Of a stretch of 64,000 nt of DNA, positions 46,401 to 58,873 are shown piece by piece. Both the position numbers and the translations under genes were made by a program. Source of the DNA: Bugula neritina (lineage: Eukaryota; Animalia; Bryozoa). The stretch lies in the NCBI GenBank assembly GCA_964035545.1, contig OZ037767.1, forward strand, positions 6,650,707 through 6,714,706. Reading direction: 5' to 3'. The notes beneath the pieces were generated by a model. It searched no databases. It was not told where the DNA came from and worked only from the letters and a program-made list of their open reading frames with translations. The number at the start of each line of letters is the position of its first letter. The first letter of the stretch is position 1.

Positions 46401-48934
46401 GGCATCTAGCATTTCAAAATTATATATTATTTATGTTTGAGGCATTATTCAAAATTTTTGTAGGGATTTCTACAGACCAGTGGTGGAATGGGATTTGTTT
46501 TAGGTCCAGTGTTAGGAGCTGCTCTTTACAGTGTGGGTGTTTTTTATGTTATTATAACACACACACTTTTAGACAAGAAGACATTGAAATATTACGCATT
46601 ACAGCACTATAACAAAATATCAACTACTATCTATTTTTCCAGGTTGGAGGATATATGCTACCATTTGTTGTCATAGGAGTCTTAATTTGGCTTTTCTTAG
46701 CAATTGGCTACTTTACTCTACCAAAATCAGGTAACCATTGTCAGAGTTAATATAGTTGGTTCTTACTTTGCCTTTACCGTTGATTCTATGTATCTGAGTA
46801 TGGCTTATGTTTTAGATAAAGTACCCAGAATGGATGGGAATATCTTGACTCTGTTGAAAATACCTGGATGTTCTATTCTGTATTTGTTGATACTTTGCTG
46901 TGGATTATCACTGAGCTTTTTAGATCCAACTTTCAACCCATTTATAAAAGAAAAGGTAAGTGTACTCATTCAGCACTCATAAGTGCTGAATATTTCCACA
47001 TTCAGCACTTATGAGTGCTGAATGTGGAAATATGCGAGAATTTACATGCAGATCTAACTTGAAATCTGGTTCAAAATAAAATTTGTAATCATTTTATTCA
47101 TCATCAGAAGAAAGAGTAACAAAATTGTAGACTTATTTGATATGTTTTATAGTTTCCTCAGATCTCTATGCCACAGATAGGATTGCTGTTTGCTATTACC
47201 CCGGGTGTGTTTGGAATTGTGTCACCTGTGATAGGGTACATCAGTGACAGGGTATGTAGGGTCTACATTCTATGATTGAGTTTAATAACTTGTATTGGGA
47301 GTGAGCCTCTTCAACAAAGACCTGTAATGTCAAAACATATATTAGAAGAACTGTTTAGTATAAAATTACTGAATTATCAATTTGATTTTTTTTTTCAAAA
47401 CAAAACCGGTTAAACCCCCCTCCCCCCCCCCCCCCCCCCCTGTTTCACTTTGTATGACCCAAAGCCTATGTTGAAATATTTTGTGTTTGAAGTTTGAAGC
47501 AATGGTGTACAATATAACAAATCTACATGTATAGCTATAATGTTAATATGTAAGAGTTACCATGGAAAGACAAACTATAAGGTTTAAAGTTTCAATTGTT
47601 ATTTGTTGAGCCTTGCAATTGCATTAAAGTCATAAAAGCATTTTCTCATCGTTTTAAGCCTTAAAACACATATATTTGCATAGCAAGTATGACATAGTGT
47701 ACATATTTTATTGTAAATCTTATACCTGTTAAATTTTAGTGGTTAGAAGGTGTCCAGTGTATTATTGGCTCTATATTGCTTGCCGCTGGTTTTGGTTTAC
47801 TGGGACCAAACCCTTGGCTGGCTGAATACCTACCAACCAGGTGTGTAGACCTAAAACTATGTTATAAACAGCAAACAATAGGAAACTATTTTGTCAATTT
47901 CTTTGCATTTTTTATTTTTATTATTATACAATATTGTTATTGATTCCATATAAGTGAACTTACATGAAGCTACTATAATATCTCTTCCAGTGTTCCTGAA
48001 ACAATTCTAGCTCTGGTTCTCATTGGTATTGGTGCCAGTGGTGTGCAGAATCCATCATATACTCTCATATGCAGAATGGCAAGGCGAATATTATACTGTT
48101 AGTACATATTATGTAGATGCAAATACTGTTGACAAGATTTATGAGAGTTGGAACTTCTAGAAGTTGAAGGCTAATTCTATTTTTAGAAACCGTGGTTTAC
48201 CGGATAACTTGCAGACGTTTGGGTTGGTTTCTGGACTGTTCACGTCTGCATTCTCACTGGGTGCCTTCCTTGGACCACCTCTTGCTGGATATTTATCCAA
48301 TCGGCACGGGTTCGCATGGGCTTTCTCTCTCTGTGGACTCATCAACATTACAGCTGTAAGTTAACAAAATATAACTATATCTACAATAATGTGACTCATA
48401 GTCATGTAGTTCATGCGGTAAACAAAGTCACAGAACTGTCTTGAATAATTCTATTTTGACCCAATTATTTAGTATAAAACAGTTTACAAGTTAGGTGTTG
48501 GGAGTGATTTCAGAGGTTTTAGAAAATGTCAACCTAGTGATCAAACCAATATTTAAAAGCTAATAAACTGGAACAATAATATTATGGAGCAGCTCAGAAT
48601 TTACATGACAGCTTATCCCATTTTTCCTTTGCTAAAAAAGACATTGTGAACAAATTATTAAATAAATAACTCACTCAAATAATGAATTATATTGTTTTAC
48701 ATTTTCATCTACACGGCATACTTAGTAGCTGTGTTTTTCAATTAAATATTCGAATTTAGATATGTTAGTTCGACAAGTTTTGAAGACTTATCCACTCCTG
48801 GTACTGTTGACATTACAATTTTTTGTTAGGGGCTTCTACTAACTATCTACATGTCAGTTATGAAGATTCAGAACAATTGGCCTCTACCAATTCCTAAGGA
48901 GAGAATGCAAGAGAAAGAAGACGAAACATCATGA
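43481..48934 (+). CDS. SLC18B1: MFS-type transporter SLC18B1-like, copy B (457 aa)
   Basis: Exons 43481-43556, 44562-44773, 45595-45668, 45942-46089, 46464-46532, 46643-46730, 46816-46955, 47153-47251, 47740-47840, 47991-48083, 48187-48355, 48830-48934; exons 1-11 the same sizes as in A; intron 10 donor is GC. Confidence 0.88.
43955..44130 (-). mobile_element. Degenerate tRNA-derived SINE copy
   Basis: CAATTATGACAGAATG..TTCCTAACATCACCAAT..ACCACAGCTGCT matches the 20071 copy. Confidence 0.55.
44810..45425. repeat. 24-bp minisatellite (TAGACTGGTACATCCCTAGTATAC)n in intron 2 of copy B
   Basis: About 24 units; junctions form the palindrome CTAGTATACTAG. Confidence 0.95.
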
Positions 48935-50076
48935 TCTAACAATACATGCTTCATCATACACTGGGAATGAATCTACACTCTACACTATATAGTATACAAC
49001 AGGGCTACAGTATTTAAGTAATATAGTAATATATACAAATTGGCGGCAGCATATTAGTATTATATTAATATATAAGTGACTATACAGTATGGTAATATAT
49101 CACTAATCATTGCAGTATACTTATAGCGTATTTCTATATAATGTGAATGCTACATATTTTAAACTTTCTTATTGGCTAATCACTGAGTATAATAAGGAAT
49201 ATACGTGGTATAAAATAAGTATCTTGTATGAGTTAATTATCTTACAGCTTTAGTTTTATACTGAATGTGTGAAAACTAAAATAATTAAATGCTTATATGT
49301 GTGATGATTATTATTGCAGCCTTAACATATTTATGTTGTATGATTTAGTGTTAAGTTTATGTTAGAAAAAGAAGCTGAAATAAATTCAATTCAAGTTTTA
49401 AACTAATTGCAAAATAGTTGTTTACAGATGAATATATGCACGTATGGAATTTGTAATGTATATAAAGTCTTTCATCAAACAATCTTTATTTTTCTTTTTA
49501 TAATTCAGTATAATACAACAATATGTAGGCCTACACAACAATGGTCTTATAGCTGTAAACTCAACAATGGACATCGTAACCTCTAAACACAAATTAATCA
49601 GCAACTTCACAGCAGACAACTAAGTTGGATGTAATATTTTGCTACTCATTTCTTTTCGGATTTTCCCATGATAAACTGCAGCCTTAAAAATACAAGGTTT
49701 GCCTCATAATTGCATTTTTATGTTTGAGAAACAGTTTTAAACCAACATAATTCAACTTGTTATTCCCATTAACATTTTTACTTTTTGCTTGAAATTGAAT
49801 AAACATCTTAGATTATCAATTCACATATTTCCATATCTAATTGATATGCTAATAGATGTTTTATTAGATATTTATCAAACTTGTTATACATAGTATGAAA
49901 CATTTAAATTATCTAGACATGCATACAATTGGCAGTACTATATTATAATACTATAATATACAATAGCAGCAAAAGCTCTATATATGTACCACCAGAAAAT
50001 GTAAACTGGAATAAGGTGACTTATCTCAAAATTTAAACAGTTTGTTGTTTAAACCTTTTAGTTTAGTAGCTATACT

Positions 50077-50277
50077 CTGTCTGGGGGTTAGAGTGTTTGG
50101 CTTAGTAAACACGAAGTCAAACAGTTCAAACCCCAGCAAAGGCTATTGGTGATGTTAGGAAGAGCATCTAGTCATAATTGCTCATGTGCCTCATCTGAAT
50201 AAATCTTTCGCCTAGCTTAAAAGAGCTCCTCTCTATCATGGGTTCCCACAGGAATAATGACTATAAACTTGTGTGAG
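50077..50277 (+). mobile_element. tRNA-derived SINE copy
   Basis: Reverse-orientation match to the 20071-20280 copy. Confidence 0.8.
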
Positions 50278-52727
50278 GTTAAAAGTTAAATATTGTCTTC
50301 TCATGTATTTACAGTTTCCCGATCTAGAACAACTAATGGCCACCTGTACATGCTGTGCCTTCATAATTAGCATGTAGACTAGCAGTAGGATCCCCTACAG
50401 AATAAGCAATGCGTATACATGAAACAGTAGATTATTAATCTATTATTAGATCTATTACCTATACTAGCAATAAGTAAGTAATGTAGATATGTCCATCAGC
50501 AAAAGTAATCTAACACAATTACTTTAGTGAACTGTGTTATGAGCAATGCCAATACATGTCTTATTTTTAAATAAAACATTCATGTAAGGCTTACAGCAAT
50601 AAATTATTTTGCAGATGTTTTCTGAGCTACAAATACCTAATCTGGATGTAGTGCATAGCTTCAAACCAGCTTTTTAAATTCAAACAGTTTTAAAACAGAA
50701 CAAGTTGCAGAGAGATGGCACTTACTGCATGCAGAGAAAACTATGAATCCACATATAGAAGAAGCCCATGCAAACTCATAATGTTTAACTAAATATCCAG
50801 AGAGAGTTGGTTCAAGGAAAACACCCAGTGAGAAAGCAGACGTGAAGAAACCAGATACCAGTCCCAGTGTCTGAAAATTATCTGGTAAGCCATAATTTCT
50901 GTGAAAGAAAGCAAAAAGAGCATTTCATTAGAATACATCTTCGCTTAATTCTTGTATGCACACATTTATTTTTAATTCTTAGAAGAAAGTGATTGTTGGC
51001 AAACAAGTCACTCAACACAAAATGTTTTGTAGACAATGCTAGTCATTTAGGAGCAGTAGTGGAGAAATTGAGATAGCTTAGCTTAGGCTCTTCAAATCTC
51101 CATATAAACTCTGGTTGAACTTTTTGCGAAAACATAACTTCTTTTGCTGCATTTTTAACTTGAGCTACAGGCTTTTCTAAATTTCTCCATTACTGCACCT
51201 ACCTCATGCTAGTGCAATGCTGCTAGTAACTATAGTAAGTAGTAATGATCACCTCGCTATTCTGTATAGGAGGGGAAAGGTTGGAATCATGAGTCCACCG
51301 GCACCAATACTGAGGAGTATCAAAGCTATAGCTGTTTCAGGTATGCTACAATATAAACATATACTTGCATGTTTATCCTACACATTTATATTTAACATAT
51401 CAAGTAAGTAAATAAGCTTCAGACCAGCTAATTCAACTCCAGATATTACCTGCTATAGAGATGAACTTTGCCAACAAAGAATTGGGTCCAAGTAGGAAAA
51501 ATGCTAATACTGTGATCAAAAAACTAATCACTGCAAGTGACCCTTCTAGTCCCTAAAGAATGGTAACTGTAAATATAAACTTGTAATTTCTCCATTTCAG
51601 ATGCTCACCCATTGCTCCAATAAATGTAAAAATGTTATAATACGGAGCGAAAAGTTATATAGTAAGAAAATGAAAAATTGATGTTTCATAGAGCATTACA
51701 CTAACGTTTCTGCCTCTGAAGTGAAGACCAACAGAAACTTCAGTTAAAGTGCAACTTTCTTTTTGATCATGAATGTGTGAAATACTAGCTATAGATTATA
51801 CTTGTTAAAATTTGAAGCTATCAGATAATATTTTTAGCTTGTATAACTATAATAATGCTTAAATATGGAAAACAATAGAAAATTATGAATGTTGCATAGA
51901 TTTGCTTTCAAATTTGTATTATATAAATAAAAAATTAAAAAATACTAACATTGATGGATAAAATTTATTTATTAGTTTTGTGCATGCTCTATTGTGTATT
52001 TAATCACAATGCAGTTGTTATATCCTGTGTATGTTATCATATATATTGTATATGTTATCATATATATTGTATATGTATGCTATTATTAGTGACAAAACTT
52101 TAGCTGCATGATATTTGCATTTATTTATTCATTTTCTATATTACTAAAATAATGTATCAGTATGTTGTCATACATTCTAAAAAACAAGCAATTTATACTA
52201 TACAACTATATAACAACATAATTTGTCAATACATTCTTGCAAAATTTTTGAAGCAAGCAACTATAAAAACTAGTAAAAGCAACTTATTTTTGACTTAGCA
52301 TTGTTTATAAACGTCGAAAAGAAATAAATGTATTTATTTATTTAATAAAATAATGATAAATTTTGCTCTGATATTACCAGCATGCCATGACTTGTATACT
52401 CAGTATTTATATTAAAATATAATGCATTATTATACTTCTTAGTAAGTGAATTTTCAAATGTCTTTCTGATGTCGTCATACTACCTTCTATGTACTTTATT
52501 AGATATATGTTTTCAAAGTTATATTTTATACATACATATACATATATATTATGTATAATATATACGTATGTATATAACATATTATATAAAATATTCCAAT
52601 CTATCTCACCTATCTTCGCTTTGTCCTGTTCGGGTAGCGGGATATTATATACAATATATAATCTATAGAATATATAACATGTAGCATATAATATATAAGT
52701 GTGTGTGTGCGTATATAGCCAAAAACA

Positions 52728-52858
52728 TATAACGCAAATCATAGACTATCAAATACACCTAATGTTTACATATAACACAAATCACAGACTATCAAATACA
52801 CTTAATGTTTACATATAACACAAATTATAGACTATCAATTATACACTTAATGTTTACA
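52728..52858. repeat. Three copies of a ~43-bp tandem repeat
   Basis: ATAGACTATCAAATACACCTAATGTTTACATATAACACAAATC. Confidence 0.85.
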
Positions 52859-53428
52859 ATATTCTTATGCAATTCTAAGTACATTAACGTCACAGTCAAC
52901 TCTTGTACATAGTTGAATTCTTCTTTCAAATAAGTCAGTATAAAGCTAAACACCTACACAGAATCTCCCCAAACTGATACGTCAAAGCAGTTCATTAACG
53001 AACTGCTTTGACATATCAGTTAATAACTGGGCTGCAGTGTACAGAAATATTCTCTCTTTCACATAACCAACTCAGAAAGTTTTGTCTGTCATTACTACTA
53101 CATATAATTATTATATAAGATTATTAGTGGTTATTATTTAAATAATTGCATGTGAAATTCTCTCTATTATTACATTTCAGTTGTACTTCGCTTATGTCCA
53201 GTTTCAAACTTTTAGCTTCACTTTTGAATTTTGCTTCTTCAAGTCATTTGCTCATGTCTTGTGTTCCACTTCATAACTTGTAGACAATAAATAAAAATAC
53301 AATAAATAAATTATATATTATATATACAGTAAATAAAAAAGTTTTTGTAGCTATTACTTAAAAACTGCTTTAGGAATTGTCCCCTTTTTAGCAGGCTAAG
53401 CCATTCTGTACTTTCCATAATATAGTCA

Positions 53429-53610
53429 ATAGTAGCCATTCCTGTAAGAACTCTGATGAAAAGGGCTTTTTAAGCTAAGGACTTGTTTTCTATTGTGACA
53501 AAAGAAAATTAATCATGGCTGAATACCCTTCCTAACATCCCCAATGACCTTAACTGAGACTCAAACCACTGACCTTGTGTTTACTAGGCTGGTACTCTAA
53601 CTCACTGCTT
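53429..53610 (-). mobile_element. tRNA-derived SINE copy
   Basis: Matches the 20071 copy (CTAAGGACTT, CTTCCTAACATC, GTGTTTACTAGG). Confidence 0.7.
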
Positions 53611-53790
53611 CTTATATTAAGAATAGCTGCAAATAAAAAATTGCAGTGAAGTATAGTGAATGCTAGCTGTAAGTTATAATCAGTCTAATGGTGTCAAAGA
53701 GTATACTACAAACTATTACAAAGTCAGTGTTGACAACTTTATATTATATACATGCTGACACCTTTATATATAGTGTTCATTTTACTGTTA

Positions 53791-54134
53791 GCCTAGGGCC
53801 ACACAGTGCGTATTTTCGCATGTGAAAATCGAAATCACAAGTAGCAAAGGTGTCCACTGTGCGCGTTGAGAAAACATTCGCACTTGTCGCTCAGCATTTT
53901 CAACGCAAGTGCGAATCGTCGCTGTCGTCGTCACCTAATTGGCAGGTAGTTCTTCAGCAAGCCCAATTTCTTTATTTTAGTGCTACATTCCAGTAAATTG
54001 CGTTTTATTGAAAGCGTGTGCGATTTAAAAATGAAAGCTTTATTTATCACGCATCACTGACGCTACAGTGGACACCGTTGCTACTTGTGATTTCAATTTT
54101 CGCATGCGAAAATACGCACCGTGTGGCCCTAGGC
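53791..54134. mobile_element. PIF/Harbinger MITE
   Basis: ~69-bp TIRs starting GCCTAGGGCCACAC; TTA 3-bp TSD on both sides. Confidence 0.85.
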
Positions 54135-54762
54135 TTACATAATTTTACTTTGTTTTTATTATTCTGTTAAAGCATGTTCTTACATTAAAAGCATACTTTC
54201 ATAGCTTCACTAAAACTTTTGGTTGAAACTTTTAATTCCTGCAGAATTAAATTAACTAAAATGACAAAATGAAAAGAAGTTACCTGTCTGATGAGCTATC
54301 AGTTATTTATTATACCTGAATTATGGACAAGATGATGCAACAGATAGCTAACTTGAAGATATGTAATGCTTAATGCAGACATTGCAAAAAGTTTTTGTTT
54401 GTAAATGTTATTGTAAAAACTATGTTATGATTCTAGTGTCACCAAATTTGAGATTAAATAGGCAACTCATAAATTTAACAGTGACCCTTGAAGGTCATAA
54501 ATGTTATTCACCTGGTCAATTAATGAAAAGGTTGTTAGCTTAGTAACAACTGATAGGATTATTTGAGTTGTTAGGAATACTTTATATACCGATGATAAAA
54601 ATGGTAAGTGCAATGATTCCATTGGTTAGTTTATTTAAAAGCTTTACATTTAGCTCATATTTTTATACCAGTGATCACTGACCTAGTTATTATTACAGGT
54701 TGTGAGATGGCAGGAGTTTAGGTTATAGTTATTATAAACAGTATACAGTATATGTCGAGAAG

Positions 54763-56229
54763 ATGTCATTTGGGGAGGTTTGGAAAAAGCTAAAAGACTA
54801 CATTACGGATTGTGATGTGAATGAATTCAAAGAGACACTGACTTCTCTGTCTGCTGAGGATAGATTGAAGGTACTCCATAAGAAGGACCAATGGAATGGA
54901 ATTTTCGGTCCAAACTGGGAAGATCCAGATTGTGCATTAGTACACAGAGCAGCAAAAAGAGGTCATACAGAAATAGTGAAATGTATTCTAGACTCTGTAC
55001 CAGTAATTAACTTCTACGAACTACTTAATGATATAGGTGGTAGTTTTGGTAACACAGCTGTGCACAGTGCAGCAGAATGGGGTTATACAGAGACAGTGAA
55101 ATGTATTCTAGACTCTGTACCAGCAGCTGACTTGTACAAACTACTCAGTATACAGAATAAAGATGGTAACACAGCTGTACACAGTGCAGTAGAATGGGGT
55201 AAAACAGAGACAGTGAAATGTATTTTGGACTCTGTACCAGCAGCTGACTTGTACAAACTACTCAGTATACAGAATGAAAATGGTAACACAGCTGTACACA
55301 GTGCAGCAGCAGAAGGTTATACAGATACAGTGAAATGTATTTTGGACTCTGTACCAGCAGCTGACTTGTACAAACTACTCAGTAAAGAGAACATGTGTGA
55401 CGATACAGCTGTGCACAATGCAGCAGAATGGGGTGATATGGAGACAGTGAAATGTATTCTTGACTCTGTACCAGCAGCTGACTTGTACAAACTACTCAGT
55501 ATACAAAATGAAGATGGTAACACAGCTGTACACAGGGCAGCAGAACGAGGTAATACAGAGATAGTGAACTGCATTCTAGACTCTGTACCAGCAGCTGACT
55601 TGTGCAAACTACTCAGTAAAGAGAACATGTGTGACGATACAGCTGTGCACAGTGCAGCAGAATGGGGTGATATGGAGACAGTGAAATGTATTCTAGACTC
55701 TGTACCAGCAGCTGACTTGTACAAACTACTCAGTATACAGAATGAAGATGGTAAAACAGCTGTACACAGGGCAGCAGAATGGGGTTATACAGATACAGTG
55801 AAATGTATTTTAGACTCTGTACCAGCAGCTGACTTGTACAAACTACTCAGTAAAGAGAACATGTGTGACAATACAGCTGTGCACAGTGCAGCAGAATGGG
55901 GTAATACAGAGACAGTGAAATGTATTCTTGACTCTGTACCAGCAGCTGACTTGCACAAACTACTCAGTATACAGAATGAAGATGGTAATACACCTGCACA
56001 CAGTGCAGCACTTGCAGCACATCCAGAGACTATTCAATGTATGATAGACTGTGTACCAACAACTAACTTAACTGATTTGCTCACTCTGCAGAATAATGAT
56101 GGTGAAACAGCTATACATATAATCACACTCAATGGTCATTCAGAGGTAATAAAAAGCCTAGTTGACAGAATGTCATCAGATGAAATCGGGAAGCTTTTCA
56201 GCATAAATAAAAACGAATTTCATTCATAA
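54763..56229 (+). CDS. Ankyrin repeat protein, 11 repeats of ~39 aa (488 aa)
   Basis: G.TAVH.AA..G..ETVKCIL repeats with a 117-nt period; candidate 5'UTR intron 54604-54698. Confidence 0.9.
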   Translation: MSFGEVWKKLKDYITDCDVNEFKETLTSLSAEDRLKVLHKKDQWNGIFGPNWEDPDCALVHRAAKRGHTEIVKCILDSVPVINFYELLNDIGGSFGNTAVHSAAEWGYTETVKCILDSVPAADLYKLLSIQNKDGNTAVHSAVEWGKTETVKCILDSVPAADLYKLLSIQNENGNTAVHSAAAEGYTDTVKCILDSVPAADLYKLLSKENMCDDTAVHNAAEWGDMETVKCILDSVPAADLYKLLSIQNEDGNTAVHRAAERGNTEIVNCILDSVPAADLCKLLSKENMCDDTAVHSAAEWGDMETVKCILDSVPAADLYKLLSIQNEDGKTAVHRAAEWGYTDTVKCILDSVPAADLYKLLSKENMCDNTAVHSAAEWGNTETVKCILDSVPAADLHKLLSIQNEDGNTPAHSAALAAHPETIQCMIDCVPTTNLTDLLTLQNNDGETAIHIITLNGHSEVIKSLVDRMSSDEIGKLFSINKNEFHS

Positions 56230-56323
56230 CAACAGGTAATGGAAAATTTCAAAACTTTTTATAATAGCTGTATACTTTTGTTATGCAAGTTAATAATCTA
56301 GTAGAATTCTAATAAAACAATTC

Positions 56324-56538
56324 GCCCAAGTTCATATAGTCACTATCCCTGTGAGAACCCTAATGGAAAAAATTTTTAGATTGGCGCAAGAGTAGTTATG
56401 ATTGGATGCTCTTCTTAATTCAACTTAAATGGCCTTTACTGGGGTTCGAGCCCATGACTTTTATAAGGTTAACGCTCTAACCAGATTATACATTCTACAA
56501 ATAGTGTCAATGCTCTAACCACCAGACCATGGCTGCTC
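56324..56538 (-). mobile_element. tRNA-derived SINE copy
   Basis: ATAGTCACTATCCCTGTGAGAA ... ACCATGGCTGCTC. Confidence 0.75.
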
Positions 56539-56794
56539 CCACATCTCTATGTATACTGACACCTTTTTCTTAGTTCATTTACCAATTTTACATAATATTA
56601 CAATCTAAGTGTAGTTCCACATGCACAACACACAAAACATTAGCACACACATTATAAATTACAATTCAGAAGTGTTTAAACATGCATATCACAATTTTAA
56701 AAGTTTGAAACAAAACAGAAAATATAACCAAAACTTGTGATTGCTTTTTTGATTTGATTATTATTTTTCTAATGATATGCTGCATGTGTTATAG

Positions 56795-57087
56795 GAACTG
56801 ATTGGAGGAGATTGTGGGAGCTTAGTCTATGTGAAAGTTGGAGACTAGTTTAGGCCAACTGGAATGCTTTTTGGCTATGTAGCAAACAGTGAAAACCCAT
56901 TAGGATTTGATGGCCCCATCTACTGCAGGCCGTGGTACTCAGCCAAGCTTTCAAAAACATAGAGTGCGACTATCCACATCAAGTAACCAACATTGAGCTC
57001 TTCTACTACAAGAACGGTATTCTCACCTTGTTACAGAAGGTCATTTTGATGACTCATAACTTATTGATACAGTGTCATCCTAATTGA
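56795..57087 (+). pseudogene. Decayed exon with a trypsin/chymotrypsin-fold-like catalytic motif, Cys in the nucleophile position
   Basis: TATAG|ELIGGDCGSLVYVKVGD*FRPTGMLFGY..GPIY/QAVVLSQAFKNIE; in-frame TAG at 56846 and a +2 frameshift at ~56924. Confidence 0.5.
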
Positions 57088-58726
57088 ATTAGAAGTTGCT
57101 TACATGGAATTTTTTTTAAAAACTGTATCACTTGTAAATTAAAAACAGATTGCCTGCAACAGCTAGTACAAGGAGTTGAAAATAACAGCCAGTGTTATAT
57201 ATATACTTTTGCTTTTTTTGCCATTGATTTTTAATTACTATCACAAAGCTTATTATACTTAAAATACGACCAGTTGTAATCTATGCATATTGCCACAATT
57301 CTATGTAGTACCTGTAGTACCTGCTAACACTATATGTTATTTTTATATAATTGTGTATTAGAAGTTTTTCTGTATGACAGATGCCATATAATCTAAATCA
57401 TTTATTATAGCTGATATTTTATACATAAAACTTACACGAATTGCTGCTTTTTTAACATTTGAGTGCGATGTTTTTATGACAGTATATTATATTCTAGCAC
57501 CTGTAAATTAGCAAATTGATTGCTTTCAAATTTTAGCATAGTTTCATTTTAAATAAGTTTATATAAATGGATGTGAATATTTGATTATTATGTGCATTTG
57601 CATAATTTGCATTTCCAAACCCCAAACCCCAAACACTTAAAGTTTGTTTTTCTTTGAACTGAACTTCCTTCGCAGTTTTTCATTAGCAGAAGACCCTTTG
57701 CTTGCGATATGAAATTATTGTAAGAAGGCGGTCACTAGAATACGACTCAGAGCATATATAAGTTAAATGTGAGTCCCATTAGATTGTAATTTGTATTTGC
57801 TGACAAGTTTACTCAACTGTAAAAATCTTTTTTGTTTATAGAAATTAGAATATAACTTACAAAAAATGTTGTAACCATTATCCACAGTTTGGCAACAAAT
57901 TTTTTTACAAGTATGACTGCAGGTATGACTGCGTCTGCAACTTGAAACAGTTTTGTGCTACTGTGACAGTTAAATCTTTAAGTTGATTACTCATTGTAAC
58001 TGTTTACCTTCAACACTAAAAAGATCCGCCCATCTGTACTTTGCACCTTTCTGCAGTACAATTGGTCAGGTAGTTTTTTATTTGTACAAATTAACAATAA
58101 AGATGTCTTAACTGATTAGCTTTTGCGAAATTTACAACATTCCATGACATGATAAGATTTATTGCAATAACCTTTACTTGATCTTGTTTTAAACAAACTT
58201 GTATCACATTTTTTATAACTCATAGTGATTATCAGTACATCATCACTGGAGCCAAAAGAGCATAAACCTCTGACACTGCAGTAAAAGCAAGCCTATTTGC
58301 AGCATGAATATGTTTTAAAGCTATAGTAGATTTAAGTCAAATTAAAGGGCTGAAATGGTATGCTGTAATCACACTAATAACAGTTTATTTAAAAAGTTTA
58401 AGGTTTTGAGATTCTAGTTAAATTTTACTTTTATGAATGGTTGGTCAAATGCATTATCTCATAATTTTAGGTTGTTGAAAACAGCCAAACACATAGATGC
58501 CCTATTAATTAGCTGAAACAGCTTCATCAATTAATAGGAAGCTTGGTCTAATTGATTTTGTGACCCCAAAATATCTGAGCCTATCATTGAAGAAATCTAA
58601 TTGACTAGAATTGTTTGTATAAATAAAGCATTACTAGTCTAGACATATAACACTGACCCCCCCCCCCCCACCCGCTCTCCTTTTGTTATCACAGTTTGGA
58701 TATAGGTCTAGTAAAATGAACCATTT

Positions 58727-58873
58727 TATAAGCAGCTGCGTATTGGAGGTGACTGGGTGCAGTAGTTTGGGTTATAAAGTTTGGAGTTGGGGGTTTCAAC
58801 CTAAACCTCCAACTTCAAATTTGAGAACCCCAAACTACTGCAGTCGGTCACCTCTAACTCAGAGCTGCTTATA
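58727..58873. mobile_element. Fold-back MITE / ~147-bp imperfect hairpin
   Basis: ~70-bp arms TATAAGCAGCT..GGGGGTTT / AAACCTCC..AGCTGCTTATA around a 6-nt loop. Confidence 0.65.

Noticed and set aside
54284-54360. Possible exon 8 of SLC18B1 copy C
   Set aside because: Only weak similarity; a far better exon 8 match lies at 58320-58240
55083-55724. Antisense ORFs over the ankyrin gene
   Set aside because: Shadow frames of the repeat array
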